Positions 12,700-24,161 of a DNA stretch of 64,000 nt are shown piece by piece. The notes beneath the pieces were generated by a model. The model saw nothing but the letters and a program-made list of their open reading frames with translations. It had not been told where the DNA came from and searched no databases. Source of the DNA: Torpedo marmorata (lineage: Eukaryota); contig OZ360230.1 in NCBI GenBank assembly GCA_977017645.1, forward strand, positions 93,248,001 through 93,312,000, given 5' to 3'. Every line of letters starts with the position of its first letter. The stretch's first letter is position 1. A program made the position numbers and the translations under genes.

Positions 12700-13200
12700 T
12701 GTGACTCTGCTTCGCCCCCTCTGCTTGGCCAGGCTCGAACAGGAGCGGAAATGAGGCAACGCGGGCAGACCGGAAGTGGTGCTGGGGTTGGAGTTGCTGC
12801 GCAGCGCTGCCGACGAGAGCCTGAGCCGCGGTGAAAAGAGGGAGAGCGAAGCAGCGTCTGTGCCCAAAGCAGAGTAGAAGAGAGGCTACATCGCTGTGAT
12901 CGGTCAGTCAGGGCGTGCTTGAGGCTTCCCCGTCGCGGTTGGCGGGCCTGGGCTTTATTATTGTTGCTTTACGCGGAGGCCCCGACTGTCGGCGTCGGGA
13001 GCCGATCCCCGGCCTCGTCTCCCTTCGCCCAGAGCTGAGCCAGTGTTAGCGGGGTCGGGGGAGGGGAGCGAATGCCGCACGCTCGGGGTTGGTCTCCAGG
13101 TCCTGTTAGCTGGTCCCCAAGAGCTGCCGATGGTTGCCATTGACACCCTGTCACACCGGGGACACAGTGTGGCATCCGCCCAACAGCCCCGCTGGAGGTT
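12700..13200 (+). promoter_or_regulatory. FAM168B: CpG-island promoter of FAM168B with ETS/GABP-type sites
   Basis: Only non-repeat CpG-rich stretch upstream of the coding exons. It contains GCGGAAAT (12745-12752) and CCGGAAGTG (12770-12778), followed by a donor-like CG|GTCAGT at 12902/12903. Confidence 0.75.
12775..12902 (+). other. FAM168B: Putative non-coding exon 1 of FAM168B (TSS approximate)
   Basis: GC-rich segment just downstream of the ETS sites, ending at ATCG|GTCAGT. The first coding exon has an acceptor just upstream of its ATG, so an upstream UTR exon is required. Confidence 0.6.
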
Positions 13201-13449
13201 GAAATAAACTGTGCGAATGTTGTGGGCCCATTGAACCAGAACTTACCATTGCTATTGCTTTTCCTTGCCTTATTGGTACTGTCAACAGGTCAACCCTTGT
13301 CTGTGATGTCTCAAGGTTCGACCGCGGAGATTGGTATTTCGCTAATATTGACTTATCATCATTTACTCTTGGTAACATTGGTTCCAAAATCTATTATTTT
13401 TGGAGTACAAGATCCGTATAGAAATACTTTACAATCTTCAATGTACCCT

Positions 13450-14660
13450 TTAAAAAATCTGAACACAGAAACAGGACCAGGAGTTGGGTGTAAAGCTGTT
13501 TTGCCATTCAGTAAGATCGTGACTGATCCATTCTTGGCCTCAACGTTATTTCCCCCTTCTCTTCGCCATTGATCCCATGTAGTTTAAATGTCTTTCACTC
13601 TTAAAAGTATGTTCAATGAGTCTGCCTCCACATTCTCTAGGGTAAAGAATTCCAATAATTCACGACTCTAAGAGAAATTCCTCTGAGTCTCTGGGTGAAT
13701 CATTTCTCTGAAATTAGACCCTCTCCTCCCCAAGTTATCTGCACTAGGAGCAAAATCTCAAGAATTACACTGGCTATCTCCCTCAGAATTTTGTACTTTG
13801 ATGAAATTGCATCGACTTCCTAATCTTTGTGCTCCATATCCCTTCAAATTTCCTTCTTTCTTGCCTGTTACCTTTGTTTTGTATCAAATTAAAAGTGTTT
13901 TACTGCCTTGCTTTCTTTTAAATATCAATTTTCTTTTTCATTCTTCCTTGCAAACTGGATAATTTTGCATTTTGTTATATACTTCATCTCCCAGTTCCTT
14001 GTTTTTTGCTTAGCCTAACTAACCTTTTTGGAGGCTCTTTTATCAACTTGCTCACCCACTTATTTTGTATCATCATCTAATGTTACTGCTGCAAATTCAG
14101 TCCCTTCATCCAAGCCATATCAATGATTATAAAATAAATGAGGCCTAGCATTGATTCCCATGGTATTTCACTAGTCACTGTTGACCAATGTGAAAATTAA
14201 CCATTTATTCTGATTATTCTGATTCAGTCCCCTCCTTATGCCAGTACATTACCTCCCCAGTCTGTGTATATGGTCACCTCAGACCCTCTGCAAATCTAAA
14301 TATGCTACATCTACTTTCCACTTTATCCACCATTTGTTATGTTCATAAAAAAACACAGAAAACAAATCTGTAAAGCATTATTTTCCTTCCATGAAACGAT
14401 GTTGACTCTTGTGATTGTTTTGTGATTTTCTACATTCTTGCTATTACTTCAATTACAGATTCCAGCATTTTCCTAATGATAGATGTTAGGTTAACTGGCT
14501 TATAGTTTCCAGCTTTGTTGTCCTCCTTTCCTGAATAGTGGAATACATTTCTGTTTTTTCAATTCTCTGGGATCTCTAGAATCTAGGATTTTTTTTGTAC
14601 ATTAGTGCATCTATTCTCTTTCACTCTTCCTCCCTCTGCAGCTATGTCCTTTAAGACCCA
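13450..14660 (-). mobile_element. Degraded CR1 fragments
   Basis: Antisense CR1 RT/3' UTR motifs (GTTAGGTTAACTGGCTTATAGTTTCC etc.). Confidence 0.65.
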
Positions 14661-15379
14661 ATTTTGGCTATTTTGCATGACTCAATAATTATTATGATTA
14701 AAAGGAAGCCAATGGGATTGGCATAGTTGTTAATTAACTAGGCTAGTAATTCAGTGGCTTGAACTGATAATTTAGTAAACCTAAACCTGTAGAATTGTAA
14801 ATTTCAAGAACTTGAATTAAAAAAGGGTCTTTTGTTAACGTTGTCCATAAAACGACTCCGTTTTTGTAAATAGCGGATCTTATTCACGAACGTTCTTCAG
14901 GTTTGTAAGTACAAGCCTGTTAATTTCATTGAATCTTGTAGTCACTCATTTGTACCATAACCACTGTGTTTAAATAGAATAAAATCAGGCAGACCAAGCA
15001 CTAAGTTCACATATACAAAAGTTACCCCAACCCAAACACCTGGAGACTGGGCAAAGAGAATGATTAATCTCATAGAATTATACATTGGACTGTGTCTCGC
15101 TGTTCAATACTATTCTGGACTACATGTGCTGAATGTGGAGGTACAAACCTGAGGCTGGAAGTCATGCAGTACTGCTCAATTGGTGGATAATTTAACAACC
15201 AATGGGAGCAGCAGGCTCCAAGAGCATTCTCATCCTCAATAACAGACTGTGAGTGCAACAAAAAAACAAGGATAAAATATTCATAGCCATGTTCAACTGG
15301 AGTTCAATTCCACAATCAAAGAACTAGTTTTTAGTCAGTTCACTCCACGTTATCAAAAAATAACCGAAAGTACCATCAG

Positions 15380-15630
15380 GGCAGCACGGTTAGCGTAGCG
15401 GTTAGCGCACCGCCTTTACAGCACCAGCGATCGGGACTGGGCTTCAAATCCTGTGCTGTCTGTAAGGAGTTTGTACGTTCTCCCCGTGTCTCCGTGGCTT
15501 TCCCCGGGGGCTCAGGTTTCCTCCCACCGTTCGAAACGTACCGGGGGTGTAGGTTAATTGGGTGTAAATTGGGCGGCATGGACTCATGGGCAGAAATGGC
15601 CTGTTACCGTGCTGTATGCCTAAAAAAAAA
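15380..15630 (+). mobile_element. V-SINE (HE1-like)
   Basis: Same head, V-domain and tail as the 2123-2369 copy, ending in an A-run. Confidence 0.9.
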
Positions 15631-15639
15631 TATACAGCA

Positions 15640-17170
15640 AACGTAGACAACATCCCAGCTGTTGTTCCAAACACCTGTGTTCCAGGAGCAGTTGTTCCTC
15701 TGGCCAAGCAGTTTCAGTACATTTCAACTCTGACATCTACCTGTCAAATGTGGAAAATTGCCCAGGTCCTTGTCTGCAAAAAGTAGGACAATTCTAGTCT
15801 AACTAATTACTGTCAAATCAATCTCCTGTCAATCATTACAAAATTTTGGAAAGTGGTGGTAACAGTGGTACTAACTCTCCAATAATCTGCTCAAAGATGC
15901 TAAATGTTGGGTTCCACTAAGATTACTTGGTTGCAGGCCATATCACAACCATGGTCCAAAGAGTTTTGTTCCAGAAGTGAGGTGAGAATGTCTATGGCTC
16001 CAGTGGAGTGCATGTCTTCAGCACTGTGGCTGGGATCTTGTTGACATTATTTTGGTGGAATTAATTAAATACACTAAAGATTGGCTGATGTGATGGTGAG
16101 GATGTTTGGTGAATGTCAGGGTAGATCATCCACTCAGCACTTCCAGCTGGACACACTTCAGAATGCTTGAGCCTTGTTTTTGGCTCTCACATGCTGAGCC
16201 CAGTTATCATAAAGATGGGGATGTTCTTGGCATCTACACCTCCCACTAACTGTTTAGTTGCCAATCACCATGAACAATTAGATGAGTGGTATTGCAGAAC
16301 TTTAATTCCTGGTTGTGAGACAATTTAAGCTTTTTATGTGATGTATTTGACAGTGTGTGATTGAGGATCCCTGGTAAAATTGGTCAGTGTCCATCAAGGG
16401 GCAAAGATTCCAATGGCTGGAATCATGCTATTCACAAAAGAAGGTAGTTATTGGTTAGTTATCCTAACACCAAACTTTGAAGAAGGGCTCAAGCCTGAAA
16501 CGTCAGTTATGTATTTCTACCTTTGCTACATAAAAGACACTGTTTGAATACTTTGAAGAAGGGCTCAAGCCTGAAACGTCAGTTATGTATTTCTACCTTT
16601 GCTACATAAAAGACACTGTTTGACCTGCTGAGTTTCTCCAGCATTTGTGTTTTTTACTACATTATTACGGTGTCTACAGATTTTCGTGTTTACTTTCTAA
16701 CACCAAATGGAGTTCATGAGGTCAACCACCTGCTGCTTCATCAGTGATTTTTGTGCCATTGTAAAGTTAGAAGTGGTGCTTTTGCAAATGATTGTGCAGT
16801 GCTTGATTCCATTCATCTCAACAAATAAAGCATTCCACCCTTGGAGGCAAGCAGGCCTACACAACATTCAGGTTTAGGCAGATATGTAGCAAGTAACATT
16901 CATTTCAGATATGGGAGAATCTAACCCCCTATCCAACTAATGACATTCACAGCATTACTCTGATTCCCCCAATGTGAATGTTCTGGAGCTTTCATTGACT
17001 AGAAACAAAACTCAATCTGCCAACTAAGTACTGGAGCTGCCAAGTGGATTGGACATCGAGTGTTCTGCTGAAAGTGACTTGCTTCCATGCATCCAAACTT
17101 TTCACTATCTACAGAATACAAATCAGGAATGCAATAGAATATTCAGCACTTGATTGAATACAGTGACTAC
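15640..17170 (+). mobile_element. Old CR1/L2-group LINE RT fragments
   Basis: DNIPAVV...CVP...PLAKQFQ...MWKIAQV motif (ORF 15586..15786); similar antisense remnants at ~20690-21500. Confidence 0.55.
16475..16696 (+). mobile_element. Short Penelope-derived element with two tandem 76-bp units, each carrying a minimal hammerhead-like motif
   Basis: Units at 16474 and 16550; 11-bp TSD CTAACACCAAA (16464-16474, 16697-16707); 3' part matches the Penelope end TGACCTGCTGAGTTTCTCCAGC. Confidence 0.85.
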
Positions 17171-17414
17171 AACATGCTGGTTGAACTTTTTTCTAATTAC
17201 TGTTTGGATTTATCTGTCAAAAATGTCATTTATTTACCTCAGCACAGATTTAATTGGCTTAACCAGTAATTTTTGCCATGTAGGATATTTGCTTCAGTTT
17301 CAAATTTATATTAGGCATTTGTATGACAGATTTGGTTGAATGATTGCTCAACGTAAAAAGATTTGTTAAATATGACTTGAGTAGGGTTTCACTGATCTGT
17401 TTTGGGGGCCTAGG

Positions 17415-18143
17415 ACCAGAGGTATATAATCCAGTGATCATTGGGGGATCAGAGGTGGAGAGGGTGAGCAAATTTAGGTTCTTGGGAGTCACTATTTCGG
17501 AGGATCTTTCCTGGACCCAACACACCAATGGCATCGTGAAGAAAGCACGTCAGCACCTCTACTTCCTCAGGAGTTTGCGGAGGTTTGATATGACACCAGA
17601 AACCCTGGAAAATTTCTACAGAGGTGTGGTGGAAAGTGTGCTAACCGACTGCATCACAGTCTGGTATGGGAACACCAATACCCCTGAGCGTAAAGCCCTC
17701 CAAAAGGTAGTGATCACAGCCCAGGACATTACAGGCAATACCCTCCCCACTATTGAGTACATCATCAAAGACCCACACAACCCAGCACACGCTCTGTTCT
17801 CGCTGCTGCCATCAGGGAAGAGGTATAGGTGCCACAAGACTCACCAGGTTCAGGAACAGCTGCTACCCCTCTACCATCAGAATCCTCAACGACAAAGTAA
17901 ATCAGAAACTCGTTTAAGGACTCTTGTGCACTTTATTGATTTTCTTTGTTCTCTCTGTATTGCAGTCAGTTTGTTTACATTCATTATTTGTTTACAGTTA
18001 TTTTATTTGTTTACATGTATACGCTGTGTACAGTTTATTTTTGCACTACCAATTAGTGGTAATTCTGCCGCGCCCGCAGGAAAAAGGAATCTCAGGGTTG
18101 TATGTGATGTCATGTATGTACTCTGACAATAAATCTGAAATCT
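17415..18143 (+). mobile_element. Rex1/Babar LINE 3' fragment
   Basis: ORF 17344..18126 (VERVSKFRFLGV...KKARQHLYFLRSLRRF...VWYG); tail TGACAATAAATCTGAAATCT. Confidence 0.9.
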
Positions 18144-18256
18144 ATTATAGGCTCAAAAGAAAAGTGTTGGTTATTCTGCACAGAAGGGAAGAAATTTCTT
18201 CACCTAGACTGAATTTTCCAACCAAGAGATGTGTAGAGGCCCAGTCATTGGTTATA

Positions 18257-18949
18257 CAGTAAAATCCCCGGTATCCGGGACCTATGGCGATTGCGGATGC
18301 CGGATATGCAAATGTTCCAGTTGCTTGAGACACTCATACAGTGCCTAACTAATACACCTGTATTAAAATAAACAGTTTAAAAGACAAAAGACAGTGCAAA
18401 ATGTAATTTTGAAAAAAAAAATCAGTATTGTCGTCTTAATTATGTAAAGTTCACTTTCATCAGGTAATTGCCATAACTTAGAAAATTTAAATTTGAACCC
18501 CGGTCGCTGGCGCTGTTGCAGCGTTGCACTAACCGCTGCGCTAAATGTGCCACCATCATAATTAACCCTCCCTCTCCCCCAAGTTTACAGATAAATCCTT
18601 ACTAATATACTTAATAATATACTAATAAAGATAAAGACTCTGTAGGGAGAAACTTTGGTAGAGTCACCCCAGCGGCATCAGCCGGCTCTTCATCCTGGGT
18701 GACGCCATTTTATTCAAACACAATTTTATTGAAACTTTATTCAAACAGCTGCTGCAGGCGGGGCACGACTGGGACACTCCGCTGGCTGAATGTTTGCTCC
18801 CATTTTCACCAAGGGTTTGTGTGTTGCTTCGGAGAATATTTACTTTTACAATTTTAAAATTTTATTTAAATTTTTATTTATTCTCATTTATTTATTTCCT
18901 CCCTTTTTTTTGCTGGTTGCTTGAATTCCAGATACTGGGGATTTTACTG
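18257..18949 (-). mobile_element. pogo/Tigger-like MITE, family B copy 1 (empty site)
   Basis: TA|CAGTAAAATCCCCGGTATCCGG ... CCAGATACTGGGGATTTTACTG|TA. Strand is given relative to copy 2. Confidence 0.88.
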
Positions 18950-21900
18950 TATTGAAGGCATTTAGATATTATTGGAAATGAGGGATATGGGGTTAGTGTT
19001 AGGAAGTGTCGGTGAGGCACAAGATACGCCATGATCTTTTCGAATATCAGAACAAGCATGGTGATTAATTGCTTACTAATTTTTAAGTGTGTTTTCAACA
19101 TTTTCTTTTTTTATATCAAATTTTGTGTGTCTGCAGTTCTTTTTAATTTCTTTGCTTATATCATGTATTGAAAATAGATTACTTTTGTCGAGCGGAGTTT
19201 TCAGACTTGCTCTTTTGATTGCTCCATCCAGTATTGAGGAGAGTTCTTTCAGCAATGCTTTGGCTGTAAGTGTTTCCCAGTGCATGTAGCATTTGATGAC
19301 CACAATATTAGGCTTTTATTGATAACACTGTTTTAGCCTCCTTTCCCTGCTATCCAGGTTGCACCACCTATACCTTTAATCAGACAGGGTTTCCATTCTA
19401 GTTCTCTCACCTCAAGTTGAGCTGCTGTAACCCTGAATATTTCTTCTCCAGATCCCTATTACCTGGCAGCTAAATCTCGTGCCATACCTGTCAATATACC
19501 AAATGTTAATCAAGAAATGAACATTGTCACAGATATCCATAGGCACATCAAATTGCAAAATAAATGACAGAAATCATACCAACAGTGCAATGATTTATCA
19601 CTTTTTGTAAAAGAGGAACCTGCAGTTTCATTGACTGCACTTGAGCTCAGGTTTGCTCAATTTTTTTTACAAACTGATAAAATTAAAGACTGATTGTAAT
19701 TGGCTTTTGTTCTCTTTGCAACAAGGACAGCAATCAAACCGTTTGCCTCCAATGCTCTTATTGGACAGTTTTTTATAGTTTGCACTTATTTTTCATTTTG
19801 ATCCTTAATACTTATTGTTGTAAGCAAAATATGGATGTTTAAAATTAACTTTTCAACTTATTGCCACCATGGCATGGCTTGAAGGATTCTCCCTTGCACT
19901 TTAAATATAGTGGAAGAACAGGATTTGGTTTGCTGGCAAATTAAATTCAAGAATGTAAATAACATAATATTGTTGACTCACTCTCAGCCATCTTGTGCTC
20001 ATTGACAGTTTTATCAACTCAGTGAACTGCAGGGATCGTGTCTCTTTGAGAATCGATTTTTTTTTTCTGTGCTATTCAAAATTCACCAGTGTAACTGCAT
20101 GCTATATTGGCCTGAAAAGTGCATCAAACAAAAGCAATATCATAAGGTCTTTATTTTCATTTATTCATGGCAGCCTTCAGGAATAATTGTCTTCATGATT
20201 GCTGGAGACTTTTACAAAATTCATGGTCTTAAACATGCTTCATCCTGTGACATATCCAGATTGAAATGGCAGTACTGAACCCTTTATCCATTTCATGGAG
20301 TTGATGTCTGTAATTGAGTAAAATTATAGACTCGTTGACTTGGGTTCATGGCCAGTCATCAGTGTACATGTCATCGAAAATTCTGCAGTTCACCTTTACA
20401 ATGGATGAAACCTGACAGCAATTTCTGGTATCTGCAGGCAATTAAATGTGCAAATTCAGAAGCTGTTATCAACAATTCCCTGCTCACCCCGCAATTTAAA
20501 CTTCTGACTTTTATGAAATGCAGATTCAGGTTGCATTATTTTATCCAAAGTTTGATATACTTAAGCTTGTTCAGAGCTTATTCTATGTTCTCGTCTTTAT
20601 TTTCCTTCCTATAAAAGGTTTTAACATCTTTCTAGCTTGGTGACTGAATGCTTAAGTTTTCTGCAAGGCTTGTTTTTTTATAATTGCTCATGAGTATTTG
20701 CCCATGAGAAGGTGGTGAGCAGCTTTTTAGTATTGCTGCAGTCCTTGAGGGCATTGCATGCCCACATTTGCATTCTAGAATAATGGTGAAAGAAAGATGT
20801 ACTTCTAAGTCAACATGGTATGTGAGATGTGAAAGGTAGATTGTTGGTGTTCTCATGTTTGCTGCCTTTATCCCTTTTGAAAAGCAAAGATTGGATTGAG
20901 AGTTAGAGGTATATAGAAAAAGTCTTTAGTGAGCTTGTTGCAGTGTAGATAGAATATATTGTAGGTTTGCTAGGCGAAGGAAGTCCAGAGGATAGAGAAT
21001 TGGATTCTAGTCAAGTAGGTTAGTTTGTCATAAATGATTTGTAGTAATGGAAGTGGAGAGTATTCCATATATACTGCCTTGAAGATGATGGATATACTTT
21101 GGAGAGTAAGGCAGTGAGATATTTGTTGTGATTCATCCAATTGAGTTTCCCTTCATCCAGGGAGTAGTCATGCCATTGAATGTCAGGATTTTGGGGGGCA
21201 TAACGGTTGCTGGTTTTGTTGGAGGTGTGTATTGCCTAGTACTTGCATAATACAAATGTTACTTATTAGTTACCTGCCCATTCTTGAATGCAGTCAAGAT
21301 TTTGTTTATTAATATCTCAGCATGATGCCAAAATCCCCGAATACTGGTGGGAGAGATGAAATTCTTGCCACAGAGAACGCTATTTTGTTGAGTAACTTGT
21401 TTTCCATCTCCCACTCCCTCTGCTCCCAGTTCCCTAGATGAGGGTAAGTGTGATTGCTTCACTGTTGATGGCAACATCTGTGTTATCATTTGCACTGGGC
21501 TGATGAGGAAAAAAAATCATGCAAAACTAATCATTGTCCGACATTATAATTGGATGATGTTGGAAAGCACATTTGTATGGTTGTCAAAATACAACTTAAA
21601 TAAGGCTGCACTAACCTTTGTGACAGACCATTTCGAAGGCAGAATGCCACTGATTTTTGCACATATTTTTGAACGAGTAAAAGTTGGTTTAATGCCAACA
21701 CCTGGTAAAGAATTATTCATCCCAGAGATAGGACTCTGTTTCTGTGTTTTTTGGCTACTGGCCTCCTTTTCATTGGACCAGTAAATTATGAATGTCAATC
21801 AGGGCTCAAATGATCCTTTCAAAACTATCTCAAAGACAAGGTGGGCACTTGGAAGGATAGTATAACAGTATTCTGGATTGACAAGGCACATTCATGATCT

Positions 21901-22101
21901 CACTGAGATAATTGATCACAAAGAGATTTACAATTATTCACTTCAGGAGCAATATGATGTTACTGAAGATCAAGGAAAGCTGATCGGGCCATGCATGCTT
22001 CCTCATTTTCTTTCCAGCCTTGCTGCTTGTTATTTGGAGTCCAATTTATATTTTGTGTGAGTGACTTCTGAATGAGATTGTAGTTATAAATAAGTCATGT
22101 A

Positions 22102-24161
22102 CAGTAAAATCCCTGGTGTCCGGAATTCAAGCAACCTAACCAACCGCCAAAAAAATCCCCGAGGAAATAATAAATAAATAATAAAATAAATAAGAATAAA
22201 TAAAAATGGAAATAAAAGTTTAAAATTGTAAAAGTTCTCCGAAGCAACACACAACCCCTTGGTGAAGATGGGAGCAAAAATTCAGCCAACGAGCGTCGTG
22301 CCCCTCCCGCAGCAGCTGTTTGAATAAAGTTTCAATAAAGTAGTGTTTGAATAAAATGGCAGCACCCAGGGTGAAGAGCCGGCCGGTGCCGTTCGCTGCT
22401 GGGGTGGCTCTCCCAAAGTATCTCCCTATCCCTGCCTAGTAAGTCTTTATCTTTATTAGTATTAAGTATATTAGTAAGGATTTATCTGTAAACTTGGGGG
22501 AGGGGGGTTAATTCTGATGGCAGCCCGTTTAGCGTAGCAGTTAGCGTAATGCTGCTACAGCGCCAGCGACTGCGGTTTGAATTTAAATTTTGTAAGTTAC
22601 CATTACCTAATTTGAGACTTTATTACTGGGCAGCGAACATCAGATATATCATTATCTGGATACATAATGAATATTCAGGTGCCTCAAGATGGATTGACTT
22701 TGAGATTAAATCCATTAAAAGACATTCTCTTACCTCAATACTTGGAGCACCTTTGCCTTTTTTGGTCTCCAAATTAACTGATAACTTGGTAGTTAGACAC
22801 ACTTTGCGTAGTTGGTTCCAATTTAGAAAGCATTTTGGTTATCACAGATTTTTATTTGAGCAATTATCTGCCAAATTTAAATTACCGGTATCTAATCATC
22901 ATTTTTTTCGCTGTTTACAGATTAGGAGCTTCTTAAATTCCTTAACGTTGAGGCTTCCCCAAGAGTTAGATTTTAATCTTATCTGGGAAGTATATAATTT
23001 TAGACCTAATCAGAAAGGACTGCTTTCAGCACTTTATGAACTATTAAGATCTAGTGATAATTCCTTATCTAACATTAAGAAAGTTTGGGAACATGACTTT
23101 CAACAACTGTTTGCTGAAGATACATGGGATTCTATTTTGAAATATGTACATTCATCTTCTCTCTGTGCTAGACATTCCTTATTACAATTTAAAGTAGTCC
23201 ATAGGGCCCACTACTCCAAAGTTCAATTAGCTAAATTTTATCCTAATATATCCTCTAAATGTGATAAATGTACAACTCAGGAAGGTACTTTATATCATAT
23301 GTTTTGGCTATGTCCCTCTCTCTGTAACTATTGGAAAGAGGTATTTCGTACTCTATCTTTAACTCTTGATATTAATTTGACTCCTAGCCCTTTTATTGCT
23401 ATTTTTGGAGTGAGTGGACCAATGGACTTAATTTTGACTCCATCTCAATCCCATGTAGTCGCTTTTGCTTCCCTGATTGCAAGAAGGCTTATTCTGCTGC
23501 GATGGAAAAGTGTTGTTCCTCCCACGCATACACAATGGTTATTGGATTTGATGGCATCCCTTTCTCTAGAGAAAATTAGGTGTTCAACTACTAAAATGAG
23601 TATTACATTTTCTTCTCTTCGGGGTTCTTTTTTCAACTATTTTCAAAGTTTATAGATTAATTATTTTTGGTTCTCATTTTTTTTTCTCTCCCGTTTTTTT
23701 TGAACCTATTAGTATCGAAATCAGTAGTGGATGCCTTACTTTGCCAGCAATCGCCCAGGTTGGGGTTAGAAATTAGATTAGCAAGAGATTTTTTTCATAC
23801 GTATCTTGTTCACCGTTGTTTATTATTTGTAATTATATTTTATCTTTACCTGAACATTATATCATATGTATCTATGCATCCTAATTTTTTTCCAAAAAAA
23901 ACCAATAAAAAGATTGAAAAATAAATTTTGTAAATTACAGGAATTACCTGATTAAAGTGAATTTTACATAATTAAGGATTACAATACTGATTTTTTTTTC
24001 AAATTAGTTTACATTTTGCACTGTCCTTTGTCTTTTAAACTGTTTATTCTTAATGCAGGTGTATTAGTTAGGCATTGTAAGAGTGAGTCTCAGTCAACTG
24101 GAAAATTTGCATATCCGACATCCGCGATCCCCGTAGGTGGCAGATACCGGGGATATTACTG
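22102..24161 (+). mobile_element. pogo/Tigger-like MITE, family B copy 2, interrupted by L1
   Basis: TA|CAGTAAAATCCCTGG at 22102 and ATACCGGGGATATTACTG at 24161; both halves are the reverse complement of copy 1. Confidence 0.88.
22601..23922 (+). mobile_element. 5'-truncated L1-clade LINE (ORF2 C-terminus with CCHC zinc knuckle, 3' UTR, AATAAA, A-rich end)
   Basis: ORF 22549..23655: LPNLRLYYWA...LQFKVVHR...CDKCTTQEGTLYHMFWLC...W. 16-bp TSD aaattttgtaagttac (22585-22600) / aaattttgtaaattac (23923-23938) at a TTT|AAA site. Confidence 0.92.

Noticed and set aside
22549-23655. 368-aa ORF as a host gene
   Set aside because: It is the L1 ORF2 C-terminus; the ATG comes from flanking MITE sequence.
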